In this document: in pieces, positions 1 to 10,003 of the stretch
Numbering within the stretch: the first letter of the stretch is position 1
Layout: every line of letters begins with the position of its first letter
Assembly: GCA_973895155.1 (NCBI GenBank)
Contig: OZ316893.1
Span: forward strand, 6,021,139-6,085,138
DNA length: 64,000 nucleotides
Source of the DNA: Marsupella aquatica
Lineage: Eukaryota > Plantae > Marchantiophyta
Direction: 5' to 3'
Notes under the pieces: model-generated
What the model saw: only the letters and a program-made list of their open reading frames with translations
Told to the model about the DNA's origin: nothing
The model's database searches: none
Program-made: the position numbers and the translations under genes

Positions 1-278
1 CAATGTACTGAAAAATATTGATAATTATATCAATCATAATCCACCCAAAGGTTCCTTTCTTTCACCCTTTTCTTTATTTATTGAAAAGTTACTTTTCAGT
101 TTTCCATTGTTGTACATTGAGAATGTCTAATTTGTTTGTTTTTTACTTGTGTCAAACATGCGTAGTCTTCTTTGGTACTTTTTGTATGGCAAACCGTTCT
201 TGTTTGTGACCAATAGTGCTGATGTGGCAGCACGTGCTTCCAGGGATTTTGGAAAGAGCTTCCCATGGGGGTCTGTAA
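1..278 (-). mobile_element. End of a putative DNA transposon of the TTAC(A/G)GACCCC family
   Basis: Reverse complement ttacagacccccatgggaagctctttccaaaatccctggaagcacgtgctgccacatcagc resembles the sequences starting near 28647 and 61873. Confidence 0.5.
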
Positions 279-390
279 CCAAAGAAGTGATATTGGAAAA
301 ACTATATTCACGTCCAAAGAACGGGTAGCTGCAGCTAGTTAGTTATCTTATAAGTAAACCAAAGAAGTGATATTGGAAAAACTATATTCA
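277..390. repeat. 34-bp direct duplication
   Basis: aaccaaagaagtgatattggaaaaactatattca at 277-310 and 357-390. Confidence 0.85.
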
Positions 391-1541
391 GGAGTAAGGA
401 CCTGATACTCACCAGAGAAAATTTTAAATCAAGGAATCTGCGGCCCAACCTTGCAAGGGGTTATGAACCATAGCTTTCAATGAAAATACAAAATAATGCA
501 GATTCTCAACGACATTTACAAGGGGCTATAGACACAGCGTTAAATTTACGTACAACCAGAGTATAAACTAAGATGTACATTCAACCAAGCATTCAACCAG
601 AACATATTAAACCAAAATACTTCTCAAATGTTCAAATGATTTGGTTTGTGGACAATAAATATAACATAGTATATTAGTTTATGTTTATACTTATGTGACC
701 ACTTAGATTTAGCACGCAATGCTTACTATGCACGGGTGATAAAAATACGAGGGTTGAGCCCAGACTATGACTTTGGGCTTTTTAGTTCATATGCTTCAAT
801 GAAAATAGGAAAGAAGATTCACAAGGAAAGTTTACGCTTTGCCGAGGACCTACTTTTTTCGCATCTTAGTGCAATTTCATTCCAATTCTGACTTACGATG
901 TGGCACGTGTAGTATTCTTTCCCTTCGATTTCGATCACTGCTCGATCGGCTCATTCCTTGGGTGGGGAAGTTTCTGATTTTTCACCAACTCTCTCTGTAG
1001 ACGCCTATGGCGGACTCGCTTCGCTCCGAACAAAGTTTAGCTCCAAATCTAGTCTATTCGAAGCACGCTATCTATATCTAATGTAGTCACAACACATTGG
1101 TGGTGGAAAAGTGGGGGAAGCTCCAAATTCTAGTCTATGTATCCTGAAGCAATCTGATCCAAAAGCGAGTTCAGGATAACATTTAGAGGGAAAACAAAGC
1201 ACAAGCTTTCCCAGTGCAACAGGCTGCGGTACAATATGCAATATGCAGGTAGATCCGTCGTCTCTCGCGATGAGACTAAGCAGCAAGATATCAAGGACCT
1301 CAAATGTCCCGTCAACTGAAGAGACGGCTAGTTTGAATATATCGGTAAATTAGAATTGCCCGTGCGAACCCTCTCTCGTTGAGAAATGAGCATCCGGTTG
1401 AAAATCCATCATCTGTGGACGACCTCGTTCTACTTAGCACAAGAATCATGTTGATTGAATAGGTCTTATAGGTCGGCAGCTTCAGAATCACCTATGAGCA
1501 GCCTTAATAAATTCCATGACCAGGACTATCACTGCCCAAGT

Positions 1542-3811
1542 CTAGACTTTCTTAGAATGATATGGGACACGGGCACATATATCACGTGCTAAGTCATCAA
1601 CCGCCCTTGACGTCGAGCCATCCTCGGCTACTGCTTCTGCGCACTTCCTTTTGAGCTCCTCTACCCGTCTCCTCATTTCCTTGCCTTCTGGTTCCACCAT
1701 CAACACCATCACGGCCCTCTCAACCTCCTTCCGAACCAAAATGTTGTCAGGTCCTGTCCGAATTTCATCAGCTATCTTCAAGTTATCCACCAGGTACCTG
1801 CGGCAACATGTTTTCCCATTGCAAGTTATAAGCATATATCCCACCATAGCTCTGTCTGTCATGACTGACCCCAGTAGGAAACTATTATTTGAGTTAATCT
1901 AAGAGTTGGTGCATCAGTGGCGACAGGAGGAGCCTACGAAACGAAAGTTCCTTACCTGCAATTAAGATGCTGCTCCGCCCCTTGTGGCCATGCAATCATT
2001 GGCACACCATTCGTGATACCCTCCAAACATGAGTTCCATCCAGCATGTGTCAGGAAAGCCCCGGTGGCTGGATGAGCCAGAATCTCTCGCTGAGGAGCCC
2101 AGCCAGTAACAATGTGACCATGGTCACCTAGTACTCGGGCTTGAAAACCTTGGGGAAGCAGATCCGTGATTGAAGAGATCTTCTCTTCCGGGCTGAATTT
2201 TCGTTGTGGAAGCACCCACAAGAAACGCTGTTTACAGCCCTCCAGCCCCAATGCAAGCTCAGATACCTTCTCTGCAGAGAGTTTGGCCATGGTCCCGAAA
2301 GCGACATAGAGCACTGAAGAGGGAGGCTGGCTGTTCAGCCAAGAAATGGATTCGTCTGCAGAGTCTGCTAATTCCTTCACAACTGCAATGCTACGGAGCT
2401 TGGGTGATGCTGTAAACAAAGGACCCACGGGAAAAACCTTGAACACCTGCAGCGAAATCACTAATAAAAATCAAACTTCATTCAGAATTCTCTCGAAATA
2501 TATGCATACATAGGAACTAAAAAATATAGCAAGTACAGGAGGCTCTAGATTTGAAGACCTTATTTCAAGAATCAACAAGAAGTAAGTGGCAAAATCACAG
2601 CATAGCATTGAGTCAGTAGTGAAAGCCGCACCCTTCAAGATTACTGGGCTTTGATGCAAGTTACCCACACAAGCATCCAGTTCAGCTGAAGTGTAAAGTT
2701 TCACTTCTTTGGGAAGGAAGCACCGTACCTTATTCTCTTCAAATCCAAGAGTACTTGGCTTAACTGTGGAGTCAATAACCTTTCCATCCAGCTCGTAAAA
2801 GGTATTTATTACAATCCCGGCTGCTTGGCGCAGAACTTGAGATCTTTCCAGGGAAAAGTCAAGATACTTTCGGGCTGACAGGGTGACCTCGTGGTAACGC
2901 AGAGCAGGAAGACCATCGATGCAAACGGCTCCCTCGTATTTGGAAAGCGTGCCATCCGGGTCTAGTCTAAAAACATTTTGCGCAATGAGCCGATTGAATT
3001 CTTGCGTCAATTTCGCTAGAATTGCTCCAGAAGGAAAATAAACGTAAAACGGAATCTCCAATTTCTCCGACACCTCCTGTTGCACCGAGAATTCTTCAGT
3101 TAATATTCAAGGCAAAATGCCGACTTGATCCGCTATTTTTGAAACTTGACAAATTAAATGCTCCATCAGAACGTGAATTTCATAGTCAGATGCAATTCTT
3201 CTACGTAGTGAGAATGGTAAACCCGTGAATGTACATCTTTCGAGCTTTCAAGGACAAAACGAAGAAGCTATCGAACGGAAAGCAGCTACTCTTACCGTTA
3301 CAACAGATCTCATAGCAGCTACTCTTACCGTTGTAACGTACAACAACAGATACCGGCAGCTACTCTTACCGTTACAACAGATCTCATAGCGTCAGCAACC
3401 CCAATTAACACATGTTAAGGAGAGCGTGAGTACCTCAGCCCAGGTTAAAAACATGTCTGTTAAGAGACAAGTGGGGCCTGCAATGCCAGAGCGCCTATCA
3501 TGGAGCAGCTTCTCCAACACTGGCTTGAAAGACACTTCTACTTTCCTTGCATCTATACTAGGTATATCATTGGTTGGTCCCCAGGGATTGTGCAGTCCAA
3601 TGAATTGAACGTTGAGACTTTGAAGTTCTGAAAGTAAACCGTTGGAAGAAAGCCCAGCTAGTAAGTCATCATAGACTGCACAGGTGATAGTGATACCCTT
3701 CCGAGCAAGCTCAGTCACGAGCCTGAACCCTGGGAGCAGATGCCCATGATGGGGGATCGGTATGAACAGTAAGTGAGCTTTCTTCCTTCCATCTTCTTCT
3801 AACGAACCCAT
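1542..3811 (-). CDS. UGT: Family-1 UDP-glycosyltransferase (PSPG type), 4 exons: 3811-3434, 3076-2729, 2446-1956, 1797-1542; ~490 aa
   Basis: N-terminal HLLFIPIPHHGHL with catalytic His, TDMF Asp and PSPG box WAPQREILAHPATGAFLTHAGWNSCLEGITNGVPMIAWPQGAEQ. GT-AG junctions join the exons in frame (378+348+491+256=1473 nt). Confidence 0.93.
3280..3390. repeat. Short tandem triplication in UGT intron 1
   Basis: Three copies of gcagctactcttaccgtt, with caacagat(ctcatagc) spacers. Confidence 0.85.
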
Positions 3812-4679
3812 CGCTGGAATTGCAACACATCAAAGCAACAGCGCAAGGATCAACGTAAGACTCAAACATTCCAAGCGGAGTGAATCTCAACAAACAGTAG
3901 ACCGCCACAATATTCAAGCAAAAGCAAAAGCAGAAGTAGAAGCGAAAGCACAGGACACCAGCTCTGGCCAATTGACCATGCTTTGCTGAAGATACACAAA
4001 CAACATGGAGAGCTTCCAATCAATTACTTTCGTCCGGCAGCAACTTTGGATGAACAATTTGATATTAACATCCGAACAGATATTCAGCCAATAAAATTGC
4101 CACCGCATGCAACCGCTTGTTGCGTTTATAGCTACCTAAAAGGTAGTTTTGATTCAATCGCATCTACCTTCAACAATTGCACTACTCTGCAGCTTGAAAT
4201 CCAATGCAATCAACTCAAAAAAAATCCACGTCACACTTGGGCTAACACCGGATATGGAGACGGAATGTATAATCATCAATCAAGCAAGTTACAAACTCAG
4301 CAACGAAACCTTGAGAATGAGAACGTACAGTCCTGTGTGGGAGCTTTGCGGCCCGGATGGCAACTGGCTTGTGGATCTTCTGAATGAGCTCGAGCAGAAG
4401 CGCTCAACTGCGACCCAGCTGGTCATATTTTATATCTGGTCAGCTAGACCACCGAGGCCAACAGCACTTATTGCATTGCAGGATGCTCAACTTGTTGTCC
4501 CCTCGCGCACTGGAATCTACTAAGCGCTATACAGAACAATAATGGCTTCCGAAGCCCAACAACGGCTTTCAAAAGTACTCCATTGCCGGCTTGAAGACAA
4601 ACGAGTTGGCTTCAAGGTGAACCTCAGTCTCCTCGCCTTTCACCTCCACGAGTGTTTATGCCCATTCTTTGAGAGTTAG

Positions 4680-4860
4680 TAAAAATGATTACACAAAGTA
4701 TCCCAATGCACATTCTTTGAATATTAATAAAAATGATTACAAAACAATCATGCATGATTATCATTCTCACATGATCGATAAGATTCAATATTCCTTTGTA
4801 TATTAATAAAAATGATTACAAACAATCATGTATGATCATCATTCTCACATAAATAATATT
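4680..4860. repeat. AT-rich direct repeats (~80-bp unit)
   Basis: Recurring aataaaaatgattacaaa...atcattctcacat, 2-3 copies. Confidence 0.7.
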
Positions 4861-5002
4861 CAACATTTCTTTCCAATCCACATGGATTTTGGTGGGCCCT
4901 ATAGTCATGGTATACAGGTTTCACTCTATAAGCCTAGACCCCAACTCTAGTTTCTCTTTGAGATTAATTATATATAATATACTAGCCCAATGCCCGTGCA
5001 CA

Positions 5003-5720
5003 AAAGATGTCAGGGTGAGAAAAAGATGTCATGGTGAGAAAAATATGTTGAGGAGAAAAAAATGTGGATGAGAGAAAAATATGTTGAAGTGAGGAAAAGA
5101 AGTTGATGTGAGAAAAGATGTTGAGGAGAGAAAAGGATGTTGAGGTGTTGAAAAGAAGTTGAATTGAGAAAAGCTGTCAAGGAAAGAAAAGATGGCAAGA
5201 TGAAAAAACGATGTATAGGTGAGAAAAAGAAAAGGTGTCAAGGGGAGGAAAGATCTCAAGGATGAGACAAAGATATATGTGAAAGTGGAAAAAAGATGGC
5301 AAGATGAGAAATAGATAACATGTCGAGGTGAGAAAGAAGTCAAGGTGAGAAAAGATATTGAGGAGAGAAAAGATGTCAAGGTGAGAAAAAGATGTCACGG
5401 TAAGAAAAAGATGTCAATGAAAGAAAAATGTAGAGACCTAGAAAATATGATAAGGCAAAGAAAAGATGTTGAGAAGAAAAATATATGTAAAGATTAGTAA
5501 AACATGTCAAGGCAAGAAAAGATATCACGATGACGCAAGAAATATATGTTTTGCAATGTAGTTGTTGAGACATTTTATCAATGTGTGATCCCGACCATAC
5601 AGTTGTTGTGGTCATGTTCAATACGTGTGCATTGCACATAATATGTTGCGTGAAAGATGTCATTGCATAAAAGATGTCCATGTCAAAAAGATGTTGCAAA
5701 ATTGATGAGAGATCAAGAGT
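5003..5720. repeat. Degenerate purine-rich minisatellite (~19-20-bp unit, gaaaaagatgtcaaggtga)
   Basis: Dozens of variants of AAAAGATGT followed by AAGGTGAG-like spacers. Confidence 0.9.
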
Positions 5721-6103
5721 GCAAGATATATAGGTTATGGCAATGGAGGCAAGCGCATTCAAGCAACGCTAGGTGGAGGGTGACATGCCCTCTGCCCCTT
5801 GTGGCCTCCTCTTTGTTTCTCTTGGGCTGCCTCACCCCAAGAGGTGGTGCCTACTATTATGTGGTGTTTATTATCACATTCCTTTGCTCCACTTTGTCTC
5901 ATCCCCCATCTCTCATCCCCTTCCCCTACATACTTATGGGAGGAGTCTATGGATCTATGCGTGCATCCTTAACTTCTGGGTATGGACCCATTTGTGCATA
6001 ATTAATTTCTCCTCCCTACTTTGAATTTTAGGGCTCCTTAGCCCGGTTTGACCCTGCCCGTCAAACTGGGCACTGTAGGCCGTCACAACGTCATTCTGTC
6101 ATC

Positions 6104-6458
6104 CCGGTCTCCCGGGTTCGGGTCCGGGTCCGAGTGGGCAGGAGAGGGCCAGGAGAGGGCCGGGTGTTAAAAGGGTCCTGCAAGGGTCCAGGTGGAGGTC
6201 CAGGGGGGTTCGGGGGAGTCCAGGCAGGGTCCCGGGGGGTGGTCCGGGCAGGGTCTGGGGGGGTTCAGGGAGTCCAGGCAGGGTCCGAGAGGTGTTGGGG
6301 GGGATCCAGGGAGTCCGTGTGGAGTCTGGGGGAGTTCAGGCCGGGTTCAGTTGGACCAGGGTTGGGTCCGGGGAAGTCTGGGCCGGGTTTGGGTGGGCCG
6401 GGCTGGGGTTTGGGCTGGGTCGAGCCGGAGTCTGGGGGAGTTCGGGGGAGTCCGGGGG
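6104..6458. repeat. G-rich degenerate tandem repeat (GGGTCC/GGGAGTCC units)
   Basis: Dense GGG runs on the + strand; the Gly/Pro-rich ORFs here are by-products of the repeat. Confidence 0.85.
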
Positions 6459-6855
6459 AATAACTTGGAATATGCATCAGATTGCACGTTTTTTTACCAT
6501 CATTTGACGATTTATGTGCCCGGCAAGCCGTCAACTTGCCCATCAGGTTAAACATGGCTCCTTAGTCCCTGTTCCCTCACAAATGTGTCTCAACTGTACT
6601 CCTAATGTCAACACATGGCACTCACATACCTCATATCTCATATGCAATCATGCTCCCTCATAAGTGTGTCTCAAGTGGACTCATCCCAATATCAACACAT
6701 GGCACTCACATACTAATCATGCTCCTCCTAGAGAATCTTTGTGATATACCAAAATACCTTGTCTTGTGATTCATTTTTAGAAGTAAAGTGGACTCCAGTG
6801 ATTCTTGACCGGTAACTTGTAGAGCAAGCTCCCCTCTGGAATCAAAATAAGTTCT

Positions 6856-7199
6856 TGTTAGATATTGCTCTAGTCTTGTGACTCATGAGCTAACCACAGT
6901 TAGTCTAATTCGGGTTAGGACTTAGCTAATGTTAGCGGTAGTGTTGTTGTGCATATAGCCAGGGCTGATGCCAGACCCTGGAGGAACTTAGGCTCATTGT
7001 TACGGAGCTAGTTGAGAGATAGGGAGAGCTTGTGCTGTGGATGCTTGGTATGGTCGGTCGGCCTAGAGTGTAATAAAACTCTTATGTGTTCCCGTGGATG
7101 TAGCCTCATGTCGAGGTGAACCATGTATCTCTCTGTGCCGACTATTGTGCGTTGGATGGTTCATGGGCTTGCCATTACTAATGTCGTCTATGCTCAACA
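6856..7199 (+). repeat. Copia 5' LTR
   Basis: Direct repeat of 25839-26182 with about 13 mismatches by manual count; TG...CA ends. Confidence 0.97.
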
Positions 7200-7201
7200 A
7201 G

Positions 7202-7213
7202 TGGTATCAGAGC
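7202..7213 (+). promoter_or_regulatory. Copia primer-binding site (initiator tRNA-Met)
   Basis: TGGTATCAGAGC lies 2 nt after the 5' LTR. Confidence 0.95.
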
Positions 7214-7343
7214 ATGTGTAAACGATAAAAATTACACCGGCGATATTATAGTTTTTTTTTAGGTTTAGAAGTGTCAACTAGAGGTCAACCAAGAGTATTT
7301 AGGAAGTAGTAAGCAAGGACCAGCGGTTATTCATTTTGTGGAG

Positions 7344-7949
7344 ATGACAGAAAGGCTGGAAGTAGGGGAGGCAACGATCATCTCGATTAACGGTCGTGTA
7401 GGAGTCGAGTCCTGCTATGAAGGCTGCGATGGCCTACTAGCAGATGGCAGAGTATGTGCCTTAGGCACAAGAGCTCGACAAAGAAGGCAAGGGGGGGTGA
7501 ATATAGAAACCCCCGTTAGCAGGAATCGGTTAGCTCATGAGTGTAAGTCGCTAGGAGAAGGAGTGCCTATGTTCATGTTCACTATTCGGATCAAAGAAGG
7601 AAGCTGTCGTGTATGGGATGCGGCGGGGCAACAATTGTTCGGAATGAAGGGCGAAGAGTTCCGCCAACGATTCACCACCGGCGAGGCCATTGAAGAACTC
7701 TGTAGAAAGGTCATGCGGAAGAAATGGAATCTGCTGCTAAGACGGGATAACAGCCACGATCAGCGGATTACATGGCGATTAATCACCGCCGAACAAGTAA
7801 TCGTGGCCGGCGAACCGAGCAACCCCAAGGAAGATGACAGAAGTCAGGAGGTCGAGGCACATATGGCAAGATTAACAATCGGGAGTCCGGAAGCTTCCGG
7901 ATCAGGCGCAACCGAAGGGAATCGAGGAGGCCATTGCACAGTTCAGTAA
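7344..7949 (+). CDS. LTR-encoded protein resembling the RPA70 C-terminal OB-fold/Zn-ribbon domain (~200 aa)
   Basis: Motif order ATIISI...SCYEGC...C...HEC...PMFMFTIRI...RVWDAAGQQLFGMKGEEF...IEELCRKVMRKKWNLLLR...RITWRLITAEQV parallels RPA1 DBD-C. By-eye alignment only. Confidence 0.65.
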   Translation: MTERLEVGEATIISINGRVGVESCYEGCDGLLADGRVCALGTRARQRRQGGVNIETPVSRNRLAHECKSLGEGVPMFMFTIRIKEGSCRVWDAAGQQLFGMKGEEFRQRFTTGEAIEELCRKVMRKKWNLLLRRDNSHDQRITWRLITAEQVIVAGEPSNPKEDDRSQEVEAHMARLTIGSPEASGSGATEGNRGGHCTVQ

Positions 7950-8694
7950 CCAGGAAGACAGAACTTCTTGACATAGTAATCAGCAGTTCTTGGCTTCCAC
8001 TCATCGTTCTGGTAGGCATTAGTTAGCGTTCTTGATGAATGAGCGAGGAGATCAAAGAGGAGGCGCGAGTCGTCCAACTGTAATCGGCGCACCCCAAGAA
8101 GTAGTAGAGGCCTCGGGCAAAGACGGACACGAGGCATAGGTATTTAGAGGCTGTGGAGCGCTAGGCGCTCTGTCACTTTTTGCTAGAAGTCTGGGGCAAG
8201 GTAGGGCTCCGCTCACCTTAGGAATGCCAACAATTTTGTAATAGTGTCCCTACTCAGTTGAGTAGTCTTTGAGTATAAAGAGAGAGTTTGGAATGAATGC
8301 AACAGAGTGAAGTACGCACTTGAGCAGTGAATGAGACCGTCAAATCAGAGAGAGAGAGAGAGAGAAGGAATTTGCCTTATGCAGCAAGTCGTTACTCGTT
8401 AATTGCAACAATGAATGAATATTGTCTCATTGCGAACCAGAACCTTACGGGCCAACGCCTCAAGATATAGGTTGAACAGACAGCTAGTGAGAAGCGGTGT
8501 CTGGTTGGAGATAGTGTGTTTTGAAGGCGATACACTGGTCGTCATACACCTCCATCATACAAGGGTAAACGTGATACTGGGGTACTTGCTTAGGGTAACC
8601 CTGTCATAGTCACCCACACAATCCGGAAATCAATTGCCAAGCAGGCTGATTCAAAGGACAGTCGGACTTAATCAGGTCACGGCTACTAAAAACC

Positions 8695-9015
8695 ATGAAC
8701 GTAGACAGCAGTGACGACAAGTCTTGCTCCTTGATTACCTTAAGATCACTAGAACTGTGGATCTGTTCTATCGGCACCCATCTTATTTCCCGTCAGTTAC
8801 TATACGAGAACATTCCGATTTGCTTGATCACTTACCGCGAGTGGTGTGGGTTCATTGAGATTGTGTATAGAGAGGGGTTAGTGTTGGCCGAGGCTGAAGT
8901 GCCTAAGAAGTGGAAGACGGAACTCGACATTCAAGAGCACTTGGTCAGATTCACTTACGGGGACTGTGTCGAGATAGACGGAGTGCCGCCTCTCGAAGGT
9001 TGGTTAATCATTTAA
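8695..9015 (+). CDS. LTR-encoded 106-aa ORF of unknown function
   Basis: ATG-initiated, globular composition, open in both LTRs (second copy 20207-20527). Confidence 0.35.
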   Translation: MNVDSSDDKSCSLITLRSLELWICSIGTHLISRQLLYENIPICLITYREWCGFIEIVYREGLVLAEAEVPKKWKTELDIQEHLVRFTYGDCVEIDGVPPLEGWLII

Positions 9016-9085
9016 ACGAGATTACTGAGGAGAAGGTAGTTAAACGGCCATTAATCGCAAGGTCGAAGTAGGCGTTTAACATTTT

Positions 9086-9103
9086 TGGCAACCATACTGG
9101 GGA
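9086..9103 (+). promoter_or_regulatory. Gypsy primer-binding site (probably tRNA-Arg type)
   Basis: TGGCAACCATACTGGGGA 4 nt after the 5' LTR; resembles the TGGCGAC...CTGGGGA PBS of Tat/Ogre-type elements. Confidence 0.6.
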
Positions 9104-10003
9104 ACGCCTCGTTGAGGGTTCCGAAAGAGGAGCAACTACTACGACCAGCAGTCCGAACCAAGAGAGAAACGCGCAAATCCAGAAAGGCGAACGGGTGACA
9201 TAAACTCGCCGAAGGAGTTCTGGACGATGTTCTATTTTGAGAAGGATGCCGAAGCAGCAATCATAGCAACACTGAACGAGAAAGAGCACTCGATACTAGC
9301 CAGCGGGAGAAGTAGGGCACGAGAAGGCGATGTTATGATAATTGCTTACACCACGCCCACACACACAGAGTTGGTACTTCAAGAAGCGCATGGAGGAACC
9401 TGGAACGTGAGGAGGCGAGCAATTCATTTGCAATCCTCTGTTCGGAGCAGCGTTTACAGCAGCGACCATGCCACCAAGTGATCGATTACCTCAAGGCTAC
9501 ACGCAGTACCGCCTACCCAAGAGAAAGAAGGACCTTAGAAAACTCTTAGAATGGTGTCATTGGAATCGAAATGAGTACCCGGTTGCGATAGCATTCCAGA
9601 TAGGCAGAATCGCTAGGAAATTAAGTTCTAAACTAGAGGAAACCGCAAGAGCTTGCCCAAGATGTATGATGTGGAGTCAACATGACAGTTTTGAGTTTTC
9701 TATGTTAAACTAGTTATTAACGATGTGCTTTAACGAGGAACTCATGGCTCCAGAAGCCTGCACTCCTAGTTTAAGCGAATAGGAGTCATTTCACAGAGGG
9801 CATAGCCGCAGTTGAGCAAAGGAGAGAGAGGAACTGATTAACAGAAGTTATAGCATTAGACAAGTAAAGGAGACAGTAGAAGGTCTCCGTTTTGTGAAAA
9901 GTAACGAGTAATAAGATCTTGACATCACCCTTGTAAAGAAAGACCTGATCGTTGAGTATATTGCTTGAAGGCAGAGAAAAGGCTTTGCTAACCCAGAAGA
10001 TAA

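Larger units (their letters stand above)
7217..9081 (+). repeat. Gypsy 5' LTR (1865 bp)
   Basis: Direct repeat of 18730-20593; contains TATAAA near 8274, an (AG)n tract and three ORFs. Confidence 0.97.

Noticed and set aside
5003-5720. Regularly spaced repeats that could look like a CRISPR array; Phe/Ser-rich ORFs on the minus strand
   Set aside because: Degenerate tandem units with no unique spacers, eukaryotic context, no cas genes; the ORFs are by-products of the repeat.
6134-6555. Gly-rich and Pro-rich ORFs resembling collagen or extensin
   Set aside because: Open in several frames only because the G-rich repeat lacks stops; no signal peptide or gene structure.
9714-10003. Possible extension of the 9468 ORF through stops revertible by one transition
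   Set aside because: About six stops in ~100 codons is close to random expectation and far above the element's decay rate.
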